Shown in pieces: positions 36,528-47,246 of a stretch of 64,000 nucleotides of DNA. Location of the stretch: the IMG/VR virus record IMGVR_UViG_3300025617_001484, positions 8,790-72,789 of that record; one strand, written 5' to 3'. The notes beneath the pieces were generated by a model. The model made no database searches, was not told where the DNA came from, and saw only the letters and a list, made by a program, of their open reading frames with translations. Origin of the DNA: a virus. Numbering within the stretch: the first letter of the stretch is position 1; every line of letters begins with the position of its first letter. A program made the position numbers and the translations under genes.

Positions 36528-38033
36528 TTAGAATAAAACTCCACATTCACCCGAACATGTCGAATAATAACATTTTGGTGTGGATCCAACCATTAATATT
36601 GTGACCTCAACATAGTTTGCTGAGGTTGAAAAAATTGTGTATGAGCCAACACTAGTAGGAGGACCGAAGGATGTTACTGATGTCATGCCGTCAAACTCCT
36701 TCCCACTCTTGGCATAATAGTGAAGTGTTATTGATTCATTATTAGCAAGATAATCCCTCCAAGATGTGGAATTTGTGGCATTTGGTATCCCTATTATTCT
36801 TTGACCCGAGGTTGTCCAATCTGCATATAGAACATTCCCAGGTCCGAAATCAGTAGTTGAAAGGCCCTGTCCGGTATTCCCAGCTGAAGGTCCATAGAAC
36901 CAGCTTGTATAAGTTACACTACTTATGTTAATTGTAAAAGAAGCTGTACTACTTACAGTATTATTCGTTGCATTAACTTGTCTTTGGAATGTTACTTTAC
37001 CATCATTTCTAACACTAAATCTTTCTGTGCTTGCACTTAATAGCCTTAGGAGATAGTAAGAAGAAGACGAAGATGTAGATTGAACCTTTAGTGTGTCCCC
37101 ACTTCCACTGCTTAGTAGGCTCAGCAAAGGAGACTGCGAGGTCACACCACTTATAGTCATAGGAACATTAAGAGCCAGAAGTGATGATGTTAGATTAAAT
37201 TTCTGGGAAGAGAATGTCATAATCGAAGTCCCAGAAGAAAAAGACATAGCTCCAGTTGAGGTAAATGACATCTGCGAGCCGGATGTTATAGAAACACCGG
37301 CACTTCCTGAAATTGAAAGGGTAGAAGAGGTAGACTGTAGAGTCATACTCCCACCAGAGGTTACCCTAAAATCATCCTGTGGTACAGAGAAAAGCAGATC
37401 GTAATTACTACCTGAAGGATCTACCCATCTAAACTGTGGGTGTCTATTATAGTCAGCTGGAGTTCCTATACCACCAACATTGGTTTTTGAGAATTCCATA
37501 ATTGGATAATCATTATTACCATTTGATGAAATTAGAAATTTAGCATAGGTTGGGTTGACAGTAGAGGTAGCCGGGGCAGAATCACTAATTACAAGAGTGT
37601 TTAATTCGGGAAATGGACTACTTATTACTATTGCATTTTTACCTCCAGTTGGTCCAGATATACCTGCTATGGTTTCAAAAACCTCAGAAGCCTTTAGATT
37701 TTGGCCAGTATCAAACCACCCAGAATCAGTATACTCAAAAATAGAGTTGTTAGCTAAAGTCTGAACCCAATAATCACCAACTCTAATTGGATTACCAGCT
37801 CCACCGGTTGGTTCAGCTCCCTGTACAAACCATTTAGTTCCTCTAATACCTTCTTGACCAGGATCCCCTTTAGGACCAGCAGGACCAATTGACCCTTGTT
37901 CTCCTTGGTCACCCTGCTGTCCCTGAGGTCCACCACCAGCAGAAACAATAGAATCGAAATTAGCATTTACTTTTTCCCTAATCGACTCCTGAGTGTCGCC
38001 GGTATTTAAAGCTTGTATATTCAGATTCGGCAT
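36528..38033 (-). CDS. Tail fibre-like protein with short collagen-like segment
   Basis: GPQGQQGDQGEQGSIGPAGPKGDPGQEGIRG; same architecture as 34951-36519. Confidence 0.7.
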   Translation of the reverse strand: MPNLNIQALNTGDTQESIREKVNANFDSIVSAGGGPQGQQGDQGEQGSIGPAGPKGDPGQEGIRGTKWFVQGAEPTGGAGNPIRVGDYWVQTLANNSIFEYTDSGWFDTGQNLKASEVFETIAGISGPTGGKNAIVISSPFPELNTLVISDSAPATSTVNPTYAKFLISSNGNNDYPIMEFSKTNVGGIGTPADYNRHPQFRWVDPSGSNYDLLFSVPQDDFRVTSGGSMTLQSTSSTLSISGSAGVSITSGSQMSFTSTGAMSFSSGTSIMTFSSQKFNLTSSLLALNVPMTISGVTSQSPLLSLLSSGSGDTLKVQSTSSSSSYYLLRLLSASTERFSVRNDGKVTFQRQVNATNNTVSSTASFTINISSVTYTSWFYGPSAGNTGQGLSTTDFGPGNVLYADWTTSGQRIIGIPNATNSTSWRDYLANNESITLHYYAKSGKEFDGMTSVTSFGPPTSVGSYTIFSTSANYVEVTILMVGSTPKCYYSTCSGECGVLF

Positions 38034-38078
38034 TTTATTCTTTTATCTTTGTTTATATATTCCAACTAACTAATCCCA

Positions 38079-41000
38079 TTATATTTTCCTTATTTGGAAA
38101 GAGAATGTCGTAGAATAGTTTTTCCCAGTCTCCAAAGGAAACTCAAATGTGTAGGAAAGGGCATTTCTTTTTGTTAAGTTGTAATCTGGCTCCGAGTAAT
38201 ACGAATATCTGATTCGATCGGGACTTATCAAATCACCCCTAAGCAATATCTCAGTAGAGCTTAATTCGGTTCCAGTTTTCTTTACAAAAAAATCAAAAGT
38301 TATACCTTCATAAATAGGGACTATGTTCTTATCTATATAAGTCTTAATGTCGTCATTGATATTCTCTGGATCACCAACTCCAAATTCACTAATAATGTTA
38401 TCGACGAAAACCTTACTAACACCAGCATTCAAAAGATATCTTCTCAAAATCCTATCTAATCTAATAGAACCATTTAACGTATTAGTTCTTTCGTTTTTCT
38501 GCCAGAATACCTCAACATCCGGAAAAATCCCCTCATCAAACACTGGCAAATCAACATTTGATAAGACAGCACCCAATTGACCTATGCCGGTATTGGAAGT
38601 TTGTGGAGTAATATTCTGTATACTTACCAGAGAACTTTTGGCTTCTTCATTGATCTTTTGTATGTCAGTTTCTCCAGTAGTTCTATTTACCTCCAAAGTT
38701 ATAAAGGTGTAAGAAGTTATGTCGTACGGTGTTTGCATCATTTTAGAACCAAAGAATGACTTTTTCTCTCGCATTGATCTGGTACCAGCTACTGAAGAAT
38801 TTTGAGTAGAAGATGTATATAAGTTAAAATATCCGGGGTCCCAAGTTGAAAGGAAAATAGAAAAGTCTTTTCTATCGATCGGAGTTTCACCTACTAGGGG
38901 ATAAACAGGACCCAAAGGAAGATTTTCCGAACCTTCGAGTATATTCTTACCCAACGAAACCTTGCTATAATTTAGATTCTCAACTTTACCAAAGTCCATT
39001 TTCTCCGGAGCAAAGGTACAGTTTCTATAACTTAGATCTGCACTACTATACCCAGAGATGGTATCTGTCTTATCATTTTTATATTTTATGATCTTCCTGA
39101 ATAAAGGCTCGTATATCCCAGAATATCTCAATATGTCGGAGGCATATTGTGCACCACCAACATTTATCTGATATCCAGTTGGTTGGTTCTGACCTAAAGT
39201 CTGTGGACCAGAAAAATCATTTACCGGATAAGTTCCACTTGGTCTAAAGAGTGCAGTTGGTTGAGTCATATAAATTTCAAAATATCCACTCCTAACATCA
39301 GTTGTCTGGGTATCTTCGTTCCACGAATAAGTTCGGTATTTAATAAAGGGGCTTTGGTCGTTTACACGATCTGATATTTGGGAGAGGGAAATTCTCCTCA
39401 TTATAAAATCAAAGTATTTTTCACCACCCTCTATCTGGAAAACCGGATTATTTTCATAAGCACTTCTAGGTCCAACCGGTACTGTGGCAGGAGAGCTAAA
39501 GGCAAAAGGTATGGAGAAAGTGTAGTTGGTACCAACAGGTCCAAACGATGCTAAATTTTTAGATCGACCTACAGGCCAAGGATATGTTGATGATATTGCG
39601 GGAATATCAAAACTTCCCTTACCTGTTGACGAAAGTGACCCAGTACCACCAACTGGATATATGACATTTATTTCTTCCCTGAGATCAGTATCATATTCTG
39701 GATTTGGTATGGTATAGATAAACCCAGGATTTGTAAATTGTGTTACAGAGCTCTGTGAGGACATAGATAGATCCAGAGCTGCACTAAGTTTAATGTTGTC
39801 AATCTCGTAAAGAATGGTTCCAGTAGCACCTGTAGATCCAGTAGCACCCACACCAGAATCTTTTTTCTTATCGCTTAAGCTATAAAGCAAAAGGTAATCA
39901 ACAAAAGGATTTCCCCCAGTTCCTCCAGTATAACCAAGAGGAAGTGCTCTATAATCTTTTATAACTATGCTACATATGAAAAGGACAGACTTTTGCTGCG
40001 TATTCTCTATAATCTCATAGCTTACTGGGGATTGGATTGATGTGGTATCTTCAGGGACTACCCTGAGAACCGAAGCAAACTTATAGTCTTCAAACCCTCT
40101 AAAGTTTGGTACATATTTATCCAAATCACTCTGCGGGTTAGATACGGCACTTCTTCTTCTCAGAGATATTTTAGCACCTCTGAAAATGGTATCATAAAAT
40201 CCAGTGGAGTTGTTATATCTGAAGGGAGTAAATAACTCTTTGGTAGTATTACTAGGATCGTTATAAGGACTAGTATAATCCGACGGATCAACCGTAAAGA
40301 AGGAAGAGAAGTAAAGGCTATCTGAAGGGTTAGCACTTCTTACCTTACTCAAATCTATTTTACCCGGCAAGTAACTATTCTGTCCCTCTATTTTATCAAC
40401 GGGATATCCATCAGGAACACCCTCCAATAGCATCCACTCATGTGTAAGGTACATAGGATCTGGTATTTCCCTCTCAAAACTTGGTGAAAAGTTAGTTGGA
40501 CTAAAGGCTGGAGATGAATTAAGTCTATATTTATTTCCCCTTGCATCAGTTCCTCCAAAATATCCCCATTTGTTAATATATGGAACTATCTTAGACCTAT
40601 TTGCTCTCGAAGTAGTATAGTTTTCCTCCAGGTATTGATACTCGGTGTCAAGCTTACCGTAATTAAAAATATAGCCCTTCTCATTGGAAGGTGATACGGT
40701 TGCTGTTTCACTAATAGACTGTATACCATAGAATCCATCGAATGAATCTAAATTTTGTTCAGATTTAATCGACTTTGGATTATAGTAGGTAGAGGTATCT
40801 TTCCACTCAATTTGTGTGAATATAGCTGGTAGAACAATTGAATCCACCCCATTTGCAGTAAATCCAGTATCTAAGAAAGAATCAACAGAGCTTCCGATAA
40901 ATGAATTACCCGCATTAATAATCCTTTCATTCACAGTACCCACATCAACTGTGATCTCTCCAGATTGTACTATATACTTTACGCCGGTCTTTATCTGTCC

Positions 41001-43616
41001 TGCCCTTTCGGGAATGAGTTGAAAATATCTGTGATATTCTGGGGTTGGAGTTTCACTATATGCTGAAGACCAAAAATCAAAATCAAAATCCTTGACATCA
41101 AAAAAAGTAAAAACTCCAGTTTCTATTTTAGGCATGTCAAAGAGGTTAAAAGATTGACTTGTTCCTAGACTTATCACAGACTTTTCGTCTCTTAAATTAG
41201 CTATAAGTAACTCGTTATAGCCACCAAATCCTTCAACTTTCCCATTGGTACCAAAAAAAGGATTATCAACAAAATTAGTCACACTTTCAACCATGGAAGA
41301 ATTACCGGTAACTCCGGTACCAGAAGAAACCTCAATGAACGTTCCAGCAACTACTTTGTCTTTCTCTTTAATATCAAAAGCTACCCTAGAAAGTGAGTAA
41401 TCCGTCCCACCTTCAAAATCAACAATTCCATTCAAAGTGGAAACGTCTTTACCCGCTATTTTAATGTACCCACTTTGTGAAAAAGTCGAGTAAGTTTCCC
41501 AGTTAGATGTATCCAGACTAGGATCATTATATGGAGATCCAGGTGTTGCTGGGGAGATATTATTTTTAGCCTTGTAATAGGTGTTAGCATACAAAACAAC
41601 ATTGTTTGTCGAATATCCGCTTGTGTTGTTCCAAACCCCCATATATGAGGACGCAAATCCAGCATAGTCGTCGTAAACTACTACCTTAAACTGAGAGTTC
41701 AGTTTTTTCCCGCTTGCTTTGGTTCTTATTACAGAAGTTGATGAGCTTGGGGCAGAATTCCAAACAACATCGCTGATGGATGATATACAATCGGAAAAGG
41801 AAGAAGCTATTTCTTCTGTAGTACCATCTAGTCCATTAAAGTAATGGTTGTTTCCTGTGTTATAGGAAGACCCAGGACCCCACCCTACGAGAGTACCACC
41901 AAATTCACCTGACTTTACAAGATCGTACTTTCCTGCAGATTCGCTCATGGTTCCATTGGGCCAAAATATCTTAAAAACTACCTCTTCGTCAAGTTCTATA
42001 TTGTTTAGGAATTCTATACCAATATTAGACCTTCCTCTTTCTCCTGTTAATGTTCCTTTTATGGAACCAATTTTATCACCAACCCCAGTAAAATTCTGGA
42101 GATTAACGGATCTATTAGCAATTACTAGAGTCCCTGTATCTAGAGAGGGATTTCCAGTAGTTCCAAAAGAAGTCCCATTATAAGGCCCATATTTAGCATA
42201 TTCCGGAGTATTGTCTTCCCAGCTTTTTGTGGTTGAGTTATAATTTTCAAACCTTTTAAGGGAATAGAAATTATCAGATTTATCGGTAATATAGTAAAGC
42301 TTTTGTGGATCATTTACGTTAGTATCATATGATCCCGGTAGCCATCCACTAGCACCTTCGTAGTATAATCTAACACCTCCAGTACTGCTTTGGAAGTTCG
42401 GTTTATTATCGTTATAATAACCAAGATTATTTCTGGATGGCTTTGGTAAATTTAAATTACCCTCGCCATTTTTAAATTTATAAAAATAATCGCCGTTTAG
42501 GAAAAATTCTCCAAGATCATTCTTAGAAACATAAAATCCATAATATCTGTTTATAGTATAAAGATCCGAATCAGTATCGTTGAAAAAATATTCCATATTC
42601 AACACATTCGGAGAAATTATTCCATTCCTTTGAAACCCATCAGTCACATATTCTTCAAAATCGGACTGTACAGAAGACTGTGGACTAACTAGATAATCAT
42701 ATAGAAGTTCACCTCTTTCTGTAAAGACGCCATCCTTTATACTTGCACCGTTATAATAAGTGTAAGTGTTTTTCTGGAAGGAGAAGTTAATCGGTGCTTG
42801 TTTATAGTTTTTGTTATTTACTATGCTTCTTATATACTTTCCTATTTTAGTCTCGGCTCTTAAATCGTATGTAGCAACAACACTGGAATTTGGGAGTATT
42901 TTTGAATTGAAGAAAGATTCGACATCATCCACTTGCGGTTGATATTTGATCTCGCTCATTTCAGCAACTTTACCGCTTCCGCTTAATACTGAATAGCTTG
43001 TATATAGATTAACACCAGTAAAAATATCACCATCCGCATAAACTATATCATTCCCAGAATTATCCTTCCCATACGAAATAGTAAAAGTGTCGTCCGTGTC
43101 AGAGTCTGGATCTTGTATTAGCTTATATTCCTTTCCAGTCTCAATTGAGGAAACATTAGTCGTATAAGGATAGCTGATTGGATCAGAAACCTTAAATATA
43201 ACGAAAAACTCAGGAAGCTCATCTCTTAACCATAGTGGTTGGAGATAAGTAAAATTTTCTTGATAGTTCTTGTCAATTAGTGTTGAAGCTCCACTACCAT
43301 AAAAAAAATCATACTGAGACTCAAAATCCTCAACAGCTTTTCTACTACCATCAGTAAATTGACCAACTTGAAATATCAGATCATTTCCTATGGTTCCCTT
43401 TTCAAAAAAATTGTAGAGGTCAGTAGCATAAGAATCCTCTCCCGTTACCTGGAATTTCTTAAATCTATTAGAGCTTAAAGTTGGATTAGCATTAAAGGAA
43501 TTTAGCCATACGCCACCAGAGGAATCAACAGAGACTTTTACGTTCCCTGTTAATTTAGGATTTGCTCTTAATAGTCCAAAGGATGAGTTATAATCAAATA
43601 ATTTTGGTGAAGCCAT
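38079..43616 (-). CDS. Large virion structural protein (1845 aa)
   Basis: Long ORF, Tyr/Ser/Thr/Gly-rich; internal WNNTSGYSTNNVVLY..YYKA...W segment resembles a CBM5/12-like module. Confidence 0.65.
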   Translation of the reverse strand: MASPKLFDYNSSFGLLRANPKLTGNVKVSVDSSGGVWLNSFNANPTLSSNRFKKFQVTGEDSYATDLYNFFEKGTIGNDLIFQVGQFTDGSRKAVEDFESQYDFFYGSGASTLIDKNYQENFTYLQPLWLRDELPEFFVIFKVSDPISYPYTTNVSSIETGKEYKLIQDPDSDTDDTFTISYGKDNSGNDIVYADGDIFTGVNLYTSYSVLSGSGKVAEMSEIKYQPQVDDVESFFNSKILPNSSVVATYDLRAETKIGKYIRSIVNNKNYKQAPINFSFQKNTYTYYNGASIKDGVFTERGELLYDYLVSPQSSVQSDFEEYVTDGFQRNGIISPNVLNMEYFFNDTDSDLYTINRYYGFYVSKNDLGEFFLNGDYFYKFKNGEGNLNLPKPSRNNLGYYNDNKPNFQSSTGGVRLYYEGASGWLPGSYDTNVNDPQKLYYITDKSDNFYSLKRFENYNSTTKSWEDNTPEYAKYGPYNGTSFGTTGNPSLDTGTLVIANRSVNLQNFTGVGDKIGSIKGTLTGERGRSNIGIEFLNNIELDEEVVFKIFWPNGTMSESAGKYDLVKSGEFGGTLVGWGPGSSYNTGNNHYFNGLDGTTEEIASSFSDCISSISDVVWNSAPSSSTSVIRTKASGKKLNSQFKVVVYDDYAGFASSYMGVWNNTSGYSTNNVVLYANTYYKAKNNISPATPGSPYNDPSLDTSNWETYSTFSQSGYIKIAGKDVSTLNGIVDFEGGTDYSLSRVAFDIKEKDKVVAGTFIEVSSGTGVTGNSSMVESVTNFVDNPFFGTNGKVEGFGGYNELLIANLRDEKSVISLGTSQSFNLFDMPKIETGVFTFFDVKDFDFDFWSSAYSETPTPEYHRYFQLIPERAGQIKTGVKYIVQSGEITVDVGTVNERIINAGNSFIGSSVDSFLDTGFTANGVDSIVLPAIFTQIEWKDTSTYYNPKSIKSEQNLDSFDGFYGIQSISETATVSPSNEKGYIFNYGKLDTEYQYLEENYTTSRANRSKIVPYINKWGYFGGTDARGNKYRLNSSPAFSPTNFSPSFEREIPDPMYLTHEWMLLEGVPDGYPVDKIEGQNSYLPGKIDLSKVRSANPSDSLYFSSFFTVDPSDYTSPYNDPSNTTKELFTPFRYNNSTGFYDTIFRGAKISLRRRSAVSNPQSDLDKYVPNFRGFEDYKFASVLRVVPEDTTSIQSPVSYEIIENTQQKSVLFICSIVIKDYRALPLGYTGGTGGNPFVDYLLLYSLSDKKKDSGVGATGSTGATGTILYEIDNIKLSAALDLSMSSQSSVTQFTNPGFIYTIPNPEYDTDLREEINVIYPVGGTGSLSSTGKGSFDIPAISSTYPWPVGRSKNLASFGPVGTNYTFSIPFAFSSPATVPVGPRSAYENNPVFQIEGGEKYFDFIMRRISLSQISDRVNDQSPFIKYRTYSWNEDTQTTDVRSGYFEIYMTQPTALFRPSGTYPVNDFSGPQTLGQNQPTGYQINVGGAQYASDILRYSGIYEPLFRKIIKYKNDKTDTISGYSSADLSYRNCTFAPEKMDFGKVENLNYSKVSLGKNILEGSENLPLGPVYPLVGETPIDRKDFSIFLSTWDPGYFNLYTSSTQNSSVAGTRSMREKKSFFGSKMMQTPYDITSYTFITLEVNRTTGETDIQKINEEAKSSLVSIQNITPQTSNTGIGQLGAVLSNVDLPVFDEGIFPDVEVFWQKNERTNTLNGSIRLDRILRRYLLNAGVSKVFVDNIISEFGVGDPENINDDIKTYIDKNIVPIYEGITFDFFVKKTGTELSSTEILLRGDLISPDRIRYSYYSEPDYNLTKRNALSYTFEFPLETGKNYSTTFSFQIRKI

Positions 43617-43660
43617 TTAAAAGGTTTTTTCTTTATTTAAACACTTATGCTAAGTTTATA

Positions 43661-46600
43661 TTAGATGTCCGTGCCAGTTGATGAGAAATTAGGAGAAGAT
43701 AATGTGTCATTTTTATATTTACCAGTTACTCTAACATCAAAAGAGAAAGGACTCTGATTTCTAACCTGTATGTCAATTCCAGCTTTTTTGCTGTATTTGA
43801 TATTAGTTGGGTTTCCGTCTGATCTGAATCCACCAATATATCCCAATTTATCGTTTGCCCTAAATTGGAATATTAAAGGTACGTTAATAGCATTAGCATC
43901 CCCTTTTTTCACAAACTTTGAAGCTAGTTGTGTTGAACCTTCAACTTGTACAGTCGATGCTGTCGGTGGACCGAGGAAAAGATACGATCCACAGGTATAT
44001 CTTCCTATCAAATATTCATCATCAGCTGTAAATCCTAGTTTATTGGGGTACATCGAATCTTCCCTTGCAGCAGTAGCTCCTTGTACAAAGTCAGTAGAAA
44101 CCTGCTGATAACCAAGCTGCTGGAAATTATTAAGAGTAGTAGAATCAAGGTAGAAGTAATCAGAATGTCTGAAATATGGATACACTACTACACCACCAGA
44201 AAAATTAGGTTTAACCAAGTTGGTAAAGCTTAATCCAGTAGATAGCGATGGATGGTCTTTATGTATACAAAATTCACTTAAGGTACCATTACCATTTCCA
44301 GTATAGTTTCCAGTTGATCCTGATATTGTTCCGTTCCAAACACTAGCATCTGTACCAGATGCAGTCGGGACAGAGGAATTAGTTGGGTCGAAAGGTAGAA
44401 GTTGACTACCGTTTCTTGGTAAGGAAGATGAATCTCCGTCATACAAATAAGATCCAGCAAAAGAGGCTGGAGTAATGTATAGGGAAGAATCAAATCCTAC
44501 TGATTTCCATCTTGGGTAGATGAACTGACTGTTAGAATTTCCAGAAGCATATGGAGGTGCTTGTCTAAATTCTTGGAACGATTGGTTGTTTGCACCCCCA
44601 GTAGATCCAACTGGTACGATATCAGAAGTATTCAGAGAGGTTATTGAAATTGGTACATCACCATACCTAAGATTAGTTGCATATCCCTCAGGGAGACTAT
44701 AAGAAGAACTCGTACCTGCCAAAGTGGATAGTCCGCCGGGTAATATAGAAGAGAGCTCTAATAGACCACCGGAGGTATTGATAATTTGTATCTCATAAAC
44801 AGTAGAAGCAATCTTACCAGCATCAGTAGTAGAAGCATTAACATAAATCTGATTATAATACCCAGCGTTAAGATTAATAGTAGAACCGTTGGTAACCAAT
44901 TGGGTATTAGATCCATCTACCAAATAAACCTCCAATGTACCTATAGATCCCTCCAGAGTTGATTTCAGAGAATTCAACTGATCCTGCATTTCATTCAGTT
45001 TTTGAAAAAGATCCACGGGGGATCCAGAAGAATTGTAATATCCACTAAGAATAGAGGTGGATGCAAGATAATAGGTTTTTTCCCCAGCAACGACCTGTTG
45101 ATCTAAAAGACCTCCAATGCCCTTAGCATTTAAATCTTCTTGTATTGCTAAAACAGCCTCGTCTCTTAAATTAGAAGCGACGCTCTCGGTAGTGCTCTGT
45201 GTAGATAGATCCTCCGGGAAAGTTACTACGACAGGTTGTGAGAATTCGGACATTACCGGATTGTCTGGCCAACCTGCTTCAGATACTGATTTGATTCTGA
45301 TTTCAACTCTTTCCCCTTTGGTAATTGGTATGTCCAATTGGTTTATATTGGTAGCATCAGCATTATCAGTATCTTCAGGGGCCCATATATAAGTACCTGT
45401 ATTACTGTCGTATATTTTCTTCCTTATTTCAGATTTTACCTCATTCCAATTACTGAATGCCCCAGATTTTTCTTGTCCGTTATCATCAAGATAGCTAATC
45501 TGCTCTACAGCTGGTGAAGATCCAGAATCTGTAAGATACCTATACTGGATAACAAACTGAATAACACTCTGATCGCCCGTAATTTGGCTATTTTTTGGAA
45601 GTGGTATTGGCCAAAATCCTCTTACCCTATATTTTGGTTCTACCTTTAACTGAGGATTACTCTCAGAGATAGTTGTAATATCACTTACAACAGATGAAAG
45701 TAATTGTTGTTTTTGAACCCTCTGTTCAGTTAATGAATTTAAACTAGCCTGCACAGAACTCCCAGAATTAGAACTGATAGGATTCTGAGATTGAGCTATA
45801 TTATTAGCAGCGACAGCGGAATTGAGACCAACGTTGGAGGAAACGGAAGTTGAAGAAACAGAATTTAGATCAGTTCTGGCTTTAGAAATAGATCCGTCTA
45901 ATTGCTGTATTTCAGACTGCAAGGTAGCTTTAAGGGAAACCTTATCATTTAGAGTTTCTACATCAGTACCACTAGTTAACTGTTTATTAACCTGAACTAC
46001 CTTAAAGTTGTCTGCACTTACTGTTGGCGAGTCTGGAATTACACCATTTATTGCACTAACCTTTTTCTCCTTTGCCATGCCCAGGAATATCTGACCTAGA
46101 TCTGCTACGGAGATAAGGTAAAATTGCTCTAAAGTTTGAACTCCGCTTTGTGTGTTTATATTGAGCTCATTGCTAAATAATACTACCCCATTTGACCACG
46201 TAGATCCTATTACATTAAAATTATCATCAATTTGCTTAAAGAATATACCTTGTCTTTCATCAAAGCCAACATTTACTTCGATGAGTCTTGGACTTAGCTG
46301 ATTAGATAGGAGTGTTAATTGATTTTCTCCTATCTGGACAGGCTGATAACCAGAGGTTCTTTTCATCTGGACTGATGTCTCCTCTATATTAACAGCAGTA
46401 ATTAGGTATCTAGTCCCATCGTTTGTAAGTAACGTATCACCTACTGCAAGTGTACGTCCATCAGTAACATTAGATGTAGTATCGGTGTAATTAACCGTAT
46501 TGAGCTTGTAATTTCTCCTAGTCTCCTGTACTTCATTACCATTAGAATCTGTTATAGTCACAACATCATCATAGAAAGAGAGGACGCCAAAGTTACCTTT

Positions 46601-47230
46601 GTTTCTTATAGTTCTAAGTGGTAAGTCAATATTATCCTCATCCACAAAGTAATCTATTCCGCCGTCTACCAACTGGTCTATGTAATCCTGTTCACCGAGG
46701 TCGTTTCTCCCCTTTAGATTATTATCAAAATATGCCTTCTTCTCGTCAGTGTTTGTGTTTGCAATAATTCTTTTCACTCTAACTCTATCAGCATCATCAG
46801 CAACTTGTCCAGTTACGTCTATAGAGATATAAAGTAAGGGGCTTAAAAAGCTTTCAAAGAACCAATTATCCCTTGTTGAAAAAGTACTAGGTACCTGGAG
46901 GTTTTGTAGAGGTGCCGGATCTTTTAAAGGCTGGGATTTATAAACTTGACTGTATGTACCATCTGGGTTCCTAACAGTGGCAAAGTTATCACCAAGTCCC
47001 GCCAAAGATTGTACGTTAGAATCTAGTCTTTCAATCTCACTCCTTAAATATCCATAAGCAGGTATGCTAGTAAGAGATGGTAATCCGTTTTCGTCAAGTA
47101 ACTCAATCTGTACATTTTCATTGGTAGAAGTTGCTACCTCATTGAGTCCATTTATTATCTCGAGTGAATTTTTTTGTAGCCTTAAAAACTGTGCTACTAA
47201 AGAGCTTATTGAATTTTGTGTTGATGCCAT
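43661..47230 (-). CDS. Large virion structural protein with coiled coils
   Basis: 1189 aa; heptad segments; structural context. Confidence 0.65.
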   Translation of the reverse strand: MASTQNSISSLVAQFLRLQKNSLEIINGLNEVATSTNENVQIELLDENGLPSLTSIPAYGYLRSEIERLDSNVQSLAGLGDNFATVRNPDGTYSQVYKSQPLKDPAPLQNLQVPSTFSTRDNWFFESFLSPLLYISIDVTGQVADDADRVRVKRIIANTNTDEKKAYFDNNLKGRNDLGEQDYIDQLVDGGIDYFVDEDNIDLPLRTIRNKGNFGVLSFYDDVVTITDSNGNEVQETRRNYKLNTVNYTDTTSNVTDGRTLAVGDTLLTNDGTRYLITAVNIEETSVQMKRTSGYQPVQIGENQLTLLSNQLSPRLIEVNVGFDERQGIFFKQIDDNFNVIGSTWSNGVVLFSNELNINTQSGVQTLEQFYLISVADLGQIFLGMAKEKKVSAINGVIPDSPTVSADNFKVVQVNKQLTSGTDVETLNDKVSLKATLQSEIQQLDGSISKARTDLNSVSSTSVSSNVGLNSAVAANNIAQSQNPISSNSGSSVQASLNSLTEQRVQKQQLLSSVVSDITTISESNPQLKVEPKYRVRGFWPIPLPKNSQITGDQSVIQFVIQYRYLTDSGSSPAVEQISYLDDNGQEKSGAFSNWNEVKSEIRKKIYDSNTGTYIWAPEDTDNADATNINQLDIPITKGERVEIRIKSVSEAGWPDNPVMSEFSQPVVVTFPEDLSTQSTTESVASNLRDEAVLAIQEDLNAKGIGGLLDQQVVAGEKTYYLASTSILSGYYNSSGSPVDLFQKLNEMQDQLNSLKSTLEGSIGTLEVYLVDGSNTQLVTNGSTINLNAGYYNQIYVNASTTDAGKIASTVYEIQIINTSGGLLELSSILPGGLSTLAGTSSSYSLPEGYATNLRYGDVPISITSLNTSDIVPVGSTGGANNQSFQEFRQAPPYASGNSNSQFIYPRWKSVGFDSSLYITPASFAGSYLYDGDSSSLPRNGSQLLPFDPTNSSVPTASGTDASVWNGTISGSTGNYTGNGNGTLSEFCIHKDHPSLSTGLSFTNLVKPNFSGGVVVYPYFRHSDYFYLDSTTLNNFQQLGYQQVSTDFVQGATAAREDSMYPNKLGFTADDEYLIGRYTCGSYLFLGPPTASTVQVEGSTQLASKFVKKGDANAINVPLIFQFRANDKLGYIGGFRSDGNPTNIKYSKKAGIDIQVRNQSPFSFDVRVTGKYKNDTLSSPNFSSTGTDI

Positions 47231-47246
47231 TTTATTTTATAAAATT

